The notes under the pieces were generated by a model. It was given only the letters and a program-made list of their open reading frames with translations, was not told the DNA's origin and ran no database searches. 64,000 bases of DNA. Source: an uncultured delta proteobacterium (lineage in GTDB: Bacteria; Desulfobacterota; Syntrophobacteria; BM002). Where the stretch lies: contig CAVQGX010000032.1 in assembly GCA_963712115.1 (NCBI GenBank), positions 96,001 through 160,000 on the forward strand. The letters run 5' to 3'. Shown piece by piece: positions 10,593-20,600 of this stretch (its first letter is position 1; every line of letters starts with the position of its first letter). The translations under genes were made by a program, and so were the position numbers.

Positions 10593-11485
10593 ACCCCCTC
10601 TCACTACCCTATGGTCTCTTGCAGATCTTTATCTGCTTCCTGTGGGGCGCAAATCTAGTAAGTATTCGAATAAGCAATCAGGGTATCCCACCTATGCTGG
10701 CCGCTGCCAGCAGGTCAGTAATAGCTGGCTGTTTGTTATGGTTCTATGCCAGTTTAAATGGGTTGTCCTTGTCTCTAGAGCGAAAGGACATAATCCACGG
10801 GATCATCATTGGCTGTCTTTTTGGAACTGAATTTCTCTTCATTTATTGGGGTTTGGCCTTCACCACCGCTTCCAGGTCGGTAATCTTTCTCTACACTCAT
10901 CCGTTCTGGGTAGCCCTGGGAGCACACTTCGTCTTGAAGGATGACCGTCTCACCCCTAGAAAGATAGCTGGTTTGTTTCTTGCCTTCGCCGGTATCGTAT
11001 CTGTCTTCCGAAGCCATTCCGAGCAATTGCCCAGCGGTTATTGGATAGGGGATCTCATGGAATTGGCAGCCGCTTTCTTCTGGGCGAGCACTACACTCTA
11101 TATAAAAAGAATGTCCCAAACCCGACACATCACCCACTATCAGACTCTTTTCGCTCAGCTCCTCTACTCCATCCCAATCTTGGCTGCCGGTTGGGTTATA
11201 TTTGAGAAGCTAGACGGCCCGAACCTCAATGCGCTGGTGCTGACTGCCTTTGCCTATCAGTGCCTCGTGGTTGCTTTCTTCAGTTACATTCTGTGGTTCT
11301 GGATGATCAGCCGCTTCTCGGTTAGCGTGCTGACAGCATTCACCTTCTTTGCCCCTCTTTTTGGCACGGTTTTGGGGGCAGTCGTTTTATCTGAGCCGGT
11401 AACCCCGATGGTTTGGATCGGGATGGCTCTCGTGGGTGGAGGAATATACTTGGTAAATCGTCTGCCCAAGACCAGGAATAATTAG
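10589..11485 (+). CDS. DMT/EamA family transporter
   Basis: About 10 TM segments in two EamA-like repeats; 298 aa; overlaps the glgC stop. Confidence 0.88.
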   Translation: MNPLSLPYGLLQIFICFLWGANLVSIRISNQGIPPMLAAASRSVIAGCLLWFYASLNGLSLSLERKDIIHGIIIGCLFGTEFLFIYWGLAFTTASRSVIFLYTHPFWVALGAHFVLKDDRLTPRKIAGLFLAFAGIVSVFRSHSEQLPSGYWIGDLMELAAAFFWASTTLYIKRMSQTRHITHYQTLFAQLLYSIPILAAGWVIFEKLDGPNLNALVLTAFAYQCLVVAFFSYILWFWMISRFSVSVLTAFTFFAPLFGTVLGAVVLSEPVTPMVWIGMALVGGGIYLVNRLPKTRNN

Positions 11486-11694
11486 TTCTTCCCATAGTGT
11501 GGAAGTCTGCCTCCAGAGGACAGATAATAACTGCTATTCTTTTTACAATATTAATATTACACGTTAACTATATTAATATTTTATCTATTATTATAGCAGC
11601 TTAATAAATCTTTACTGCTTTTCCGTAAAGTTCTATCCTAATGGGGGTCTAGGCTTTTCGCAGAGTAGAATTTAGCTGTAGTAAAGAAGTCGGG

Positions 11695-13158
11695 CTAGGA
11701 ATTTAACGGTGGGCGGCGGTGGTGGAAATCGGTATTCTGCTCCAAGTTGTAGGCCACTTGCAGCGCCAAACCCTCCTCGAAATGCGGAGCCATTATCTGC
11801 AAGCCAATGGGTAACCCCTCACTGGTAAATCCGCATGGAACAGAAATGCCTGGAATGCCGGCCAGACTGGCTGGCAGGGTAAAGACATCGGAGAGATACA
11901 TCTGCAATGGGTCGTCCACCTTCTCCCCCAGCGGGAATGCCGCAGTAGGTGCCACCGGAGTAACCAGCACCTGGCACTGTTTAAAAACTTCCAGGAAATC
12001 TTGGCGGATCAGGGTGCGCACCTGCAAGGCTTTCTTGTAATAGGCGTCGTAGTAGCCAGCTGACAACACATAGGTTCCAAGCATGATTCTCCTTTTTACC
12101 TCGGCGCCAAAACCCTCCGATCGGCTTCTTCGGTACATCTCCATTAGGGTCTTGCCTTCCTTGTCGCGATGGCCGTATTTCACCCCGTCGTAGCGTGCTA
12201 GGTTGGAACTGGCTTCTGCCGGAGCGATGATGTAGTAGGCTGCTACCCCATATTCGGTATGGGGAAGGGAGACCTCGATGGACTTTGCACCCAGCCCCTC
12301 CAAGGTCCTGATACCATCCCGGACAGCCTGCTCCACCTCCGGATCCAGCCCTTCGAGGAAGTACTCACGGGGGATTCCAAAGGTGATGCCATTCAGTCCT
12401 TGCACCAGGCTCTGGGCGTAGTCCGGAACCTCCTTGGGAACTGAGGTAGAATCACCCTGATCATAACCTGCGATTACCTGCAACAGCAAAGCAGCGTCTC
12501 TGACATCTTTGGTAATGGGACCGATTTGATCGAGGGAAGAGGCAAAGGCCACTAAGCCATATCGGGACACACGCCCATAAGTAGGCTTAAAACCTACCAC
12601 CCCGCAATGTGAGGCAGGCTGTCGTATTGACCCTCCTGTATCCGATCCTACAGCTGCTATGCACTCATCTGCTGCTACAGCTGCTGCTGAACCGCCGCTG
12701 GAACCACCCGGTATGTATTTCAGATTCCAAGGGTTTCGCGTCGGCCCGAAAGCCGAATTCTCATTTGAGGATCCCATGGCAAATTCGTCCATGTTGGTTT
12801 TACCCAAAAGGATACCACCCGCCTCTTTAAGCTTCAGAGCAACGGTGGCGTCGTAGGGTGGCACAAAATTGGCCAGGATGTTTGAACCGCAACTGGTGCG
12901 AATTCCCTTGGTACAGATCACATCCTTCACGGCCAATGGCACTCCGGCCAGAGGTTTTGTCTTATCGTCAAAACCCCGTTTATCCCAGCCTCGTGCCTCC
13001 TCCATTGCCATCTCTTCAGCAAGGGATAAATAGGCAGCAACCATGGGCTCCAACTTCTTGATCCGTTCGTAGATGGAACCTGTCACCTCTGCCGCGGTAG
13101 TCTCTCCCTGATCCAATAGTTTACGAAGTTCGTGTATTGTCAATTCATATAGCTGCAT
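11695..13158 (-). CDS. gatA: Asp/Glu-tRNA amidotransferase subunit A
   Basis: Amidase signature [37 protein letters not shown]; SSNLARYDG. Confidence 0.98.
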   Translation of the reverse strand: MQLYELTIHELRKLLDQGETTAAEVTGSIYERIKKLEPMVAAYLSLAEEMAMEEARGWDKRGFDDKTKPLAGVPLAVKDVICTKGIRTSCGSNILANFVPPYDATVALKLKEAGGILLGKTNMDEFAMGSSNENSAFGPTRNPWNLKYIPGGSSGGSAAAVAADECIAAVGSDTGGSIRQPASHCGVVGFKPTYGRVSRYGLVAFASSLDQIGPITKDVRDAALLLQVIAGYDQGDSTSVPKEVPDYAQSLVQGLNGITFGIPREYFLEGLDPEVEQAVRDGIRTLEGLGAKSIEVSLPHTEYGVAAYYIIAPAEASSNLARYDGVKYGHRDKEGKTLMEMYRRSRSEGFGAEVKRRIMLGTYVLSAGYYDAYYKKALQVRTLIRQDFLEVFKQCQVLVTPVAPTAAFPLGEKVDDPLQMYLSDVFTLPASLAGIPGISVPCGFTSEGLPIGLQIMAPHFEEGLALQVAYNLEQNTDFHHRRPPLNS

Positions 13159-13440
13159 GGTTAGCCTCTACCACACGGTGTAACTAAAGTATGGCGAATC
13201 GCTCCCGGATCATCGACTATGCACTAAGCACTAGGCACTTATAATAAGAAAATTTAACCGCTTGAAATAAAAAGTTGAATTATTCCCTTATTAGAAATTA
13301 CTTTAAATAAATTATTTGAAAATTGGAGACTTAAGCTGGACATTCGGAACCTGGATCGTTGAGCTTCTAACTGGTCTTCTTGAGTAGTGCTTAGTGGTTA
13401 TTCCCAAGTGCATAGTGGGCAAGGCCCCAATCCCTTTGCC

Positions 13441-13725
13441 CTAAATGACCCGGGGTACGACAAACTGCGCCTCATTTGCCTCTGGAGCATTGTCAAGTGT
13501 TTGCTCTCTGGGCAAAGACTCCTTGACAGCATCAGCCCGAAAAGCGTTGTGCAGATCAACCACGTGAGAGGTAGGATCGACCCCCATGGTATCCAGCTCG
13601 TTGAGCTTTTCCATATAGAGCAAAATCTTGTTCATCTGCTCTGTGAGGTTCTCTTTCTCCTCGGAGCTGATCTGCAAACGAGCAAGTCGCGCAACGTGTT
13701 CTACCTCTGCAATCGTAATTTTCAT
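13441..13725 (-). CDS. gatC: Asp/Glu-tRNA amidotransferase subunit C
   Basis: EVEHVARLARL, LNELDT and C-terminal FVVPRVI; upstream of gatA. Confidence 0.95.
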   Translation of the reverse strand: MKITIAEVEHVARLARLQISSEEKENLTEQMNKILLYMEKLNELDTMGVDPTSHVVDLHNAFRADAVKESLPREQTLDNAPEANEAQFVVPRVI

Positions 13726-13747
13726 TTATATTTACCCAATATGTCAA

Positions 13748-14020
13748 ATGCCTAAAATGTCTAAAGTGAGGTAAAGTGCCTAAAATTTCTAAAGAACTAA
13801 AGATGTGGGATGTGCGATGTGGGAAAACCGGTTGAGCAAATTAGCCTAGCAGAACTCTCATATCCCTTATCTCATATCCACACATCCCATATCTTTAAAT
13901 TTCGCAATTCGAAATTGTCCTTCGGACTCCCACCCTTCGGGCGGGTTCCCGGTTTCGCAATTTAAAATTATAATCTCTGACCTCTTAGTTCTGCCGGCTG
14001 TCTGCTGTCTGCTGCCCGCC
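13748..14020. repeat. Compound short-unit repeat region: 9-mers, an inverted 7-mer array and a 42-bp palindromic insert
   Basis: CTAAARTGY-like 9-mers; GATGTGG x3 versus CCATATC/CACATC arms; insert 13915-13956 recurs inverted at 54752-54794. Confidence 0.75.
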
Positions 14021-14068
14021 GCGCCCCCGAGTCTCCGCATGATCGCGTCTTTCAACAGGCACTACTCC

Positions 14069-16174
14069 TCACTGGTTGGCCGAGGACACGGGTGAGTCTG
14101 GGACGGAAGAAGCTTCTCCTGGCGATGAAAATCCGTCCCTGCTGAAATATTCCAGATATTTCCGCCGCTGTTGGCGTAACATCTCAAAATCCACCTGGAT
14201 CTCCTCCATCCGCCTCCGGTAAATAGTAATTAGAAAAGGGGGCTTGCTCACCTCTCCATCTGGGCCGACCGAGGCAGTACCCGCCACTCCAGGCAAAGCC
14301 TGTATTCGCAGGAGAGAATCACGGAGCATAGGTCGAGATGTCACCCCGGGCTGACGGAGGGCCTCCATAAGCAAGCGCATAGTATCATACGCCTGTGCCT
14401 CAGGGTACCCGGGCTTTCCCCCGAAAGTCTCCTCATAGCTCTGGACGAACTGGCTGGTGAGAGGTAGGCCGCTTCCTGAAAAAAAACCATCCACGAAAAC
14501 AGCGTCCTGAAGATAGGGTGCGGCCATCTCGACTAGCTTTTGAGAATTCCACAGGTTCGTACCCAACAGTTTCACACCTGTGACGTCGTGATATGCCAAC
14601 TGGGGGGCAATCAGGCCCACCTGACTGTAGGCATCTGGGATAAAGATAGCATCAAAGTCCACAATGGGAATCTCCTCTTCTTCAAGATCTCCGGGTGCTT
14701 CTCCCTTCAAGCCTGCTGACGAGCTTTCGCTAGCCTTCACTCCTTCTGTTCCATCGGTGGTTTCACCCTCGGGTCGAGGGTAGTAAAGACCAACCAGCTT
14801 TTTAATCTGGTCGGCAAAATCTGTCTGAGAGGGATCATAGGTTTCGATCCCTCTTACCTCAGCGCCCAACCGCTCCAGTTCATCCCAAAAGAGGTTCATT
14901 AATCTTGTGCCGTAACTGTCAGCAGGATAAAGAATGGCAAAACGTTTGTAATCAAGGCCAAGTACAGCATACTCCACCAGTGCCCTTGTCTGTTCCTCAT
15001 TGCTGAGAAAGTAGCGGAATACGTAGTTACCAATGTGGCTTATACCCTCCTTTTGGGTGAGAGTAATTATGGGAACCCAGAGTTTCTGTGCTTCCTCAGC
15101 AGCCGCCTCAGCAGCAACCCGGCTTAGAGGCCCAATAATGGCAGCAACCTTGTTATCCAGAACAAGATCACGCACTGCAGCCACGGCAAGATCTGGGTCG
15201 CCACCACTATCTTTGATAATCAACTGAATATCTCCACGGTTATTCTTGAAGTCCTGGGCTGCCATTACTAGCCCCCGCAAAATCCTATCACCATAGGATT
15301 GATAGCGACCACTCAGAGGCAGTACGCAGCCGACAGCGGTCATATCAACTTTCAGCCACTCTTCAACTTTTTCGCTCATCCCTTTCCAGGTATCGACAAG
15401 TGGATGGTCAGGCAATCTCTCGATTAGTGCCTGTAATTGCTCTTGCGCCATACCAAACCGCCCACTCTCCATGTCTATTTCCACCAGACGGGTCTGCAGT
15501 TGAAGATTGGGAAAGGTGTCTGGATACTCAGCTACCAGCGCGTCTACTTCGTCTCTACCGAGGTGCTTTAGGACGATGTCCACCTTCGCAGCCAGAAAGA
15601 TATGTTTGTCTTCCTCGGCGAGTTCGTATGACTTGACGTACCACTTTACTGCCTTGGCATAGTTGAGTCGGGCCGCCTCAGCGTCACCCACAACTTCGGC
15701 AGCCACTGCTTTTTGAGATTTCTCAGGTAAATATTTTGTCAGAGACCTCCCGGTCTCCACCGCGTCATTGAAACGTTCCAGCTTGAGATAGCAACGAAGC
15801 AGCCAGAGACGTGCCTCATCCCCCTCCGGCCTGACGGGGAACTCATTTATCACTTGTTGAAACCAGGAAGCAGCCTTTACGTAACTCTCCAAACGATAGT
15901 CAATTTCTCCTTGTCGAAGCAAGGCCCTCGCTGCCTGGGGACTTCGCGGAAAGGCCATAGCAAGCTCCCGGTACCGCTGGGATGCCTCCTCCAGGTTGCC
16001 CTCCTTAAAAACCTCTTCTGCCATAGCCAGCTTCTGTAGGGCCTCTTCATCGCCTACCTCAACTGGAGCCTTCACTGCTACCTCTTTTCTTGGCGGTAAC
16101 AATGCACAGCCCATTAGAATGAATGGCAATAGCCAGAGAACCAATCCCCGGAAGATTTCTGCCCTAGAGTTCAT
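14069..16174 (-). CDS. Lipoprotein with TPRs and a periplasmic-binding-fold domain (LpoA/LppC-like penicillin-binding protein activator)
   Basis: Lipobox LMGC, BamD-like TPRs, then VGCVLPLSG...IIGPL...DFDAIFIPD...LLGTNLW. Confidence 0.78.
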   Translation of the reverse strand: MNSRAEIFRGLVLWLLPFILMGCALLPPRKEVAVKAPVEVGDEEALQKLAMAEEVFKEGNLEEASQRYRELAMAFPRSPQAARALLRQGEIDYRLESYVKAASWFQQVINEFPVRPEGDEARLWLLRCYLKLERFNDAVETGRSLTKYLPEKSQKAVAAEVVGDAEAARLNYAKAVKWYVKSYELAEEDKHIFLAAKVDIVLKHLGRDEVDALVAEYPDTFPNLQLQTRLVEIDMESGRFGMAQEQLQALIERLPDHPLVDTWKGMSEKVEEWLKVDMTAVGCVLPLSGRYQSYGDRILRGLVMAAQDFKNNRGDIQLIIKDSGGDPDLAVAAVRDLVLDNKVAAIIGPLSRVAAEAAAEEAQKLWVPIITLTQKEGISHIGNYVFRYFLSNEEQTRALVEYAVLGLDYKRFAILYPADSYGTRLMNLFWDELERLGAEVRGIETYDPSQTDFADQIKKLVGLYYPRPEGETTDGTEGVKASESSSAGLKGEAPGDLEEEEIPIVDFDAIFIPDAYSQVGLIAPQLAYHDVTGVKLLGTNLWNSQKLVEMAAPYLQDAVFVDGFFSGSGLPLTSQFVQSYEETFGGKPGYPEAQAYDTMRLLMEALRQPGVTSRPMLRDSLLRIQALPGVAGTASVGPDGEVSKPPFLITIYRRRMEEIQVDFEMLRQQRRKYLEYFSRDGFSSPGEASSVPDSPVSSANQ

Positions 16175-16246
16175 GTCCTTTTCACCGACCTCTCGTCTGG
16201 TAGCGCGGAGCGCTGTGCCCTTTGCGTTCTCCTTTGTGCACCTAAC

Positions 16247-16295
16247 AAAAAAAGGGTGCCTAACCTCACAAAACGAGGTCTTTGTAGCACCCTTT
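16247..16295 (-). terminator. Intrinsic terminator after dnaK
   Basis: AAAGGGTGC...GCACCCTTT stem with a T-run on the minus strand. Confidence 0.6.
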
Positions 16296-16324
16296 GGCGG
16301 AATTAAGCAAGTGCCTATTGCCGA

Positions 16325-18247
16325 TTACTTCTTATCTTCGTCAACCTCCTCAAATTCTGCTTCCACCACTTCTTCCTCACTACCAGCAGCGCCAGAGGCG
16401 GCCTCACCCGGCTGTTGCTGAGCCTCCCCTTCCCTAGCTTTGGTTGCCTGCTGATACATCGCCTCCGCCACTTTATGAGAGGCCTGCATAAGTTCCTCTG
16501 AGCCCCGTTTAATGGCTTCGGCATCATCTCCTTCCATCGCGGTCTTAAGCTTTTGAACATGCTCCTCTATGTTCTGCTTGGTAGCTCCGTCAACCTTGTC
16601 TCCCATTTCTCTTAGAGTTTTCTCAGTGTGATAAATCAGGGAGTCGGCATTGTTCTTGGCCTCAACCAACTCTCTCTTTTTCTTGTCCTCATCGGCATGC
16701 ATTTCCGCTTCCTTGACAGCCTGCTTGATCTCCTCCTCACTCAAGCCACTGGAAGCGGTTATGCGGATTGACTGCTCTTTGCCCGTTCCCAGATCCTTAG
16801 CCGAGACGTTCACAATGCCATTTGCATCGATGTCGAAGGTCACCTCGATCTGTGGGATTCCCCTTGGTGCCGGCGGAATGCCTACCAATTCAAAGCGGCC
16901 CAAGGTCTTGTTGTTGGCTGCCATCTCCCTTTCTCCCTGCAGCACATGGATAGAGACAGCCGGTTGATTGTCAGCAGCCGTGGAAAAGATCTGGCTCTTG
17001 CGAGTTGGGATGGTGGTGTTCTTCTCGATGAGCTTAGTCATCACTCCGCCAAGGGTCTCAATTCCCAGCGACAGGGGGGTAACGTCCAGAAGCAGGACAT
17101 CCTTGACGTCGCCTTTCAGCACACCGGCTTGAATGGCAGCCCCTACGCCAACCACCTCGTCAGGGTTCACTCCCTTGTGTGGCTCCTTGCCGAAGAACTC
17201 TTTTACCTTTTGCTGTACCCGCGGCACTCGGGTCATGCCGCCTACCAGTATGACTTCATCAATATCGGAAGTTTTCAAACCCGCATCTTTGAGGGCGGTT
17301 TGCATGGGGGGTAGCAACTTTTCAATAAGGTCTTCCACCATCGCTTCCAGTTTGGATCTGGTCAATTTTATGTTCAGGTGCTTTGGACCGCTGGCGTCGG
17401 CGGTGACAAAGGGCAGATTGATCTCGGTTTCCATGGAGGTGGAAAGTTCCATTTTTGCCTTCTCCGCAGCCTCCTTCAACCGCTGAAGCGCCATCTTGTC
17501 ACTTCGCAAGTCGATCCCCTGGTCCTTGCGGAACTCATCCGCCAGCCAATCGATGATCCTCTGGTCAAAGTCCTCGCCACCCAGGTGGGTGTCACCATTT
17601 GTTGCCTTTACCTCGAAGACGCCTTCGCCAATCTCCAGAATAGAAATATCATAAGTTCCGCCACCCAGGTCAAAGACTGCAATCTTCTCGTCTATTTTCT
17701 TGTCTAGACCGTAGGCCAGTGAAGCTGCCGTGGGCTCGTTAATGATCCTCAGGACGTTCAGTCCGGCAATTTTCCCTGCATCCTTGGTGGCCTGGCGCTG
17801 ACTGTCGTTGAAGTAAGCAGGTACGGTAATCACAGCATCAGTCACTTTCTCTCCCAGGTAGTCTTCAGCGGTCTGCTTCATCTTCTGTAAAACCATGGCC
17901 GAGATCTCCGCCGGGCTGTACTCCTTACCTCGAATCTCAATATGGGCATCTCCATTTTTGGCCTTAATAATTTTATAAGGACAAACTGTGATGTCTTGCT
18001 TTACCTCGGCGGAATCGTATTTTCTACCTATCAAGCGTTTGACTGCATAGACGGTATTTTCTGGATTGGTGATGGCCTGCCGTTTTGCCACCTGACCCAA
18101 AAGACGTTCACCACTCTCGGTGAAAGCTACAATAGAGGGGGTCGTGCGGCTTCCTTCGGCATTTGTGAGGACCTTGGCCTCTTTTCCTTCCATCACCGCA
18201 ACGACTGAGTTTGTGGTCCCCAAATCAATGCCGATAATTTTTCCCAT
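16325..18247 (-). CDS. dnaK: Chaperone DnaK
   Basis: [27 protein letters not shown] and DLGGGTYD motifs; acidic tail. Confidence 0.99.
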   Translation of the reverse strand: MGKIIGIDLGTTNSVVAVMEGKEAKVLTNAEGSRTTPSIVAFTESGERLLGQVAKRQAITNPENTVYAVKRLIGRKYDSAEVKQDITVCPYKIIKAKNGDAHIEIRGKEYSPAEISAMVLQKMKQTAEDYLGEKVTDAVITVPAYFNDSQRQATKDAGKIAGLNVLRIINEPTAASLAYGLDKKIDEKIAVFDLGGGTYDISILEIGEGVFEVKATNGDTHLGGEDFDQRIIDWLADEFRKDQGIDLRSDKMALQRLKEAAEKAKMELSTSMETEINLPFVTADASGPKHLNIKLTRSKLEAMVEDLIEKLLPPMQTALKDAGLKTSDIDEVILVGGMTRVPRVQQKVKEFFGKEPHKGVNPDEVVGVGAAIQAGVLKGDVKDVLLLDVTPLSLGIETLGGVMTKLIEKNTTIPTRKSQIFSTAADNQPAVSIHVLQGEREMAANNKTLGRFELVGIPPAPRGIPQIEVTFDIDANGIVNVSAKDLGTGKEQSIRITASSGLSEEEIKQAVKEAEMHADEDKKKRELVEAKNNADSLIYHTEKTLREMGDKVDGATKQNIEEHVQKLKTAMEGDDAEAIKRGSEELMQASHKVAEAMYQQATKAREGEAQQQPGEAASGAAGSEEEVVEAEFEEVDEDKK

Positions 18248-18304
18248 TTTTTTCCTCCTTAATCTCCCATCCCGAATTTGGTTTCTTAGTCATGCCCCGC
18301 CTTA

Positions 18305-19009
18305 CTAAGCCTTTCTTACTGGTATTTTTACCTCGCCACTTTTTGCTCTCTTAGTCTCGGTGGGGTTTTGATCTCTTGTATCTCTTTCCGCCTCACTGGC
18401 TTGCTTGGACACAATTACCATGGCTGGTCGTAACAAACGTTCTTTGAGCATGTAACCTTTTTGAAGCTCCTTCAGCACAGTGTTGGGCTCCACTTTTGAA
18501 CTTTCCTCCTGAGACACAGCTTCGTGGAAGTTGGGGTCAAAGGTTTTTCCTATCGCCTCTAATACGGTACAGCCAAGTCTAGCCAGGGCGTCAATGAAAA
18601 CCTTGAGGGTCATGTTCAGACCCTCCACCAAACCCTCCTGATTAGGTGCGTCTGCTGAGTGTTGGAGGGCTCGTTCTAGGTTGTCTATCACTGGAAGCAG
18701 TTCGCGCATAAAGGTTTCGTTGGCGTAGCGAGTTTGCTCTTCTTTTTCTCGCTGCAGCCTTTTTTTGAAATTTTCAGCATCAGCAGCAGTGCGAAGTACC
18801 CGCTCCTCAGCTTGCTCAAGTCGACCCTCCAATTCCTTGATTTTCGACAGAAGACCATCCCTGTCAGCAGTCTCAGGGTCGAAAAACTCCTCTGCTTCCA
18901 CTGCAGCTTTAGCTCTATCATCTTTCTCAGAAGTAACTTCCACCTGCTGCCCTTGCTCTTCCTCATCTTTTTCCTGAGGCTTTGCTGTTCGCTCTTTGTC
19001 CGAAACCAC
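18305..19009 (-). CDS. grpE: Nucleotide exchange factor GrpE
   Basis: ADAENFKKR, LLPVIDNLERAL, FDPNFHEA and QKGYMLKERLLRPAMV motifs. Confidence 0.96.
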   Translation of the reverse strand: MVSDKERTAKPQEKDEEEQGQQVEVTSEKDDRAKAAVEAEEFFDPETADRDGLLSKIKELEGRLEQAEERVLRTAADAENFKKRLQREKEEQTRYANETFMRELLPVIDNLERALQHSADAPNQEGLVEGLNMTLKVFIDALARLGCTVLEAIGKTFDPNFHEAVSQEESSKVEPNTVLKELQKGYMLKERLLRPAMVIVSKQASEAERDTRDQNPTETKRAKSGEVKIPVRKA

Positions 19010-19075
19010 CCTGCATCCTCCATATGCTTCTATTAATAACGATTAGCGCTCAGTCAAGACCCTCTGCCTTTATTA

Positions 19076-19107
19076 CAAAACAAAGCTCCCCAAAAAATTA
19101 GGGAGCC
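19076..19107 (-). terminator. Possible intrinsic terminator between hrcA and grpE
   Basis: GCTCCC...GGGAGC stem followed by TTTGTTTTG on the minus strand. Confidence 0.45.
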
Positions 19108-19137
19108 AGTAAAAAAAATAGAATTTTTTAATTAAAT

Positions 19138-20181
19138 TTAGAGAGTTTCTTCCAACATTTTGCTCAAGAGTTTGGCAGTGTAGTCCACTAAAGGAATAAT
19201 CCGAGAATAGTCCATTCTAGTCGGGCCAATCACGCCGAGAGTGCCCAGAATTTCATCGCCGCTCGCATAAGGAGAAGTAATAAAGCTCACACTTTCCATG
19301 TCCAGCAACTCACTTTCAGAGCCAATAAAAATGTTTACTCCCCCAGCCGACATACTTTTGTCCAAGAGATCTATTATCCTACTCTTTTCCTCAAAAGCAT
19401 CAAAGATGCGCCTCATCTGCACAACGTCAGCAAATTCTGGATTATCCAGGAGATTGGTCCTGCCTTCTATGTAGATCTCGCTATCTTCTATGTTCTCCTG
19501 CAAAGCTTTCTGACTTAATTCCAAGGCCTTGGAGAGTAAGCGTTCAAATAGCACTTTTTCCTTTTTCATCTCGTCCAGAAGCCGCGCCTTAACTTGATGG
19601 AGAGTAAGATCCTGTAGCATATCATTGAGATAACGGCTGTACTTATCCAGCTCCTCCTGGGAAATATCTCCATCGATCTCGAAAATCGTGTTGTGCACGA
19701 TCCCGGCCTGAGAAACCAGAATGGTCATGACCATCTTTGCCCTCAGACGGACGAACTCAATCCGCTTGAACACCGTCAGAGATAGTCGAGGTGTCAAGAC
19801 CACACCAGCCTGATTGGAAAAGGATGAAAGAACCTTGGAGGTTTCTTTTAGCAACCCCTCAACCCGAGCCACTCCGCCTTTATAGGATCTCCTGATCCTT
19901 TCTCGATCTGCGTTGCTGAGTTGTTTTATTTTTAGGATCGAGTCTATATAGACCCTGAGGCCGAGCTCGGTGGGAATCCTGCCAGCCGAAGTATGAGGTT
20001 GATAAAGCAGACCGAGTTCCTCAAGGTCTGCCATGACATTACGGATTGTTGCCGGGCTAACGTTCAAGCCGTAGCGTTTAGCTATAGCTCTGGACCCCAC
20101 CGGCACACCACCGTTTATGTACTCGAGGATAATTGCCTCAAGTACTCGTCGAGTTCTTTCTCCCCGCACTAATTGTTTCAT
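19138..20181 (-). CDS. hrcA: Heat-inducible transcription repressor HrcA
   Basis: PVGSR, SPATIRNVMADLE, QPHTSAGRIPT and LGVIGPTRMDY motifs. Confidence 0.97.
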   Translation of the reverse strand: MKQLVRGERTRRVLEAIILEYINGGVPVGSRAIAKRYGLNVSPATIRNVMADLEELGLLYQPHTSAGRIPTELGLRVYIDSILKIKQLSNADRERIRRSYKGGVARVEGLLKETSKVLSSFSNQAGVVLTPRLSLTVFKRIEFVRLRAKMVMTILVSQAGIVHNTIFEIDGDISQEELDKYSRYLNDMLQDLTLHQVKARLLDEMKKEKVLFERLLSKALELSQKALQENIEDSEIYIEGRTNLLDNPEFADVVQMRRIFDAFEEKSRIIDLLDKSMSAGGVNIFIGSESELLDMESVSFITSPYASGDEILGTLGVIGPTRMDYSRIIPLVDYTAKLLSKMLEETL

Positions 20182-20193
20182 GGCCGCTTTATA

Positions 20194-20220
20194 TTAGCAC
20201 TCATGTCTAAGGAGTGCTAA
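20194..20220. promoter_or_regulatory. CIRCE element (HrcA operator)
   Basis: Exact TTAGCACTC-N9-GAGTGCTAA directly upstream of hrcA. Confidence 0.97.
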
Positions 20221-20222
20221 GG

Positions 20223-20251
20223 AAATTAGCAATCGGTCGATCCTTTGTCAA
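20223..20251 (-). promoter_or_regulatory. sigma70 promoter of hrcA
   Basis: TTGACA-17 nt-TAATTT with an extended -10 TG, ending 2 nt before the CIRCE. Confidence 0.8.
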
Positions 20252-20313
20252 GACTCAAATAGTGCGCATCTGGGCAAATACATAAGGTTGAACTTAGTTT
20301 CTCCATTAGCCCC

Positions 20314-20353
20314 AAAAAAAAGACCGTCTGGACGGGGCCACATCCAGGCGGTC
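20314..20353 (-). terminator. Intrinsic terminator of the candidate sRNA
   Basis: GACCGCCTGGA...TCCAGACGGTC stem (one mismatch) followed by 8 T. Confidence 0.85.
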
Positions 20354-20434
20354 GGAGAAAGGAGAAAAAGAGTTGAAGAGTCAAGAAGGCAGGGCTTTCA
20401 TCATTATGTTAACCTTACCATCCTTACTCGTTTC
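20314..20434 (-). ncRNA. Candidate sigma54-dependent small RNA (~120 nt)
   Basis: Bounded by a -24/-12 promoter and an intrinsic terminator; no ORF longer than 7 codons; CU-rich tract CUCUUUUUCUCCUUUCUCC just before the terminator. Confidence 0.65.
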
Positions 20435-20443
20435 TACAATGAT

Positions 20444-20459
20444 AGCAAATTCCTTGCCA
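20444..20459 (-). promoter_or_regulatory. sigma54 (-24/-12) promoter
   Basis: TGGCAAGGAATTTGCT, exact GG-N10-GC spacing. Confidence 0.75.
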
Positions 20460-20555
20460 TTGCAACCCGTGGATTGCATATTTATATCATATTGAAAAAG
20501 CTAATATTTTTTTTACTACTATCTACAACTTTTTAAATTAACTACCTGTGGAATG

Positions 20556-20600
20556 CATAATCAGGACATAATCCGGACATAATCCGGACATAATCCGGAC
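20556..20600. repeat. Four tandem 11-bp direct repeats, candidate enhancer (UAS)
   Basis: CATAATCAGGA followed by CATAATCCGGA x3, abutting the regulator stop codon, about 100-140 bp upstream of the -24 element. Confidence 0.85.

Noticed and set aside
11486-11694. AT-rich stretch with AATATTAATATT palindromes as oriC or dif
   Set aside because: No DnaA-box cluster or XerC/D consensus; it lies between convergent genes.
20288-20536. 82-aa plus-strand ORF, and the 7-codon MMKALPS on the minus strand
   Set aside because: The plus ORF lacks an RBS and runs through promoter and terminator signals of the opposite strand. The 7-codon ORF cannot be excluded but has no support.
20556-20600. CRISPR array (also considered for the heptamer arrays)
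   Set aside because: Units are 7-11 bp and contiguous, with no unique spacers and no cas genes.
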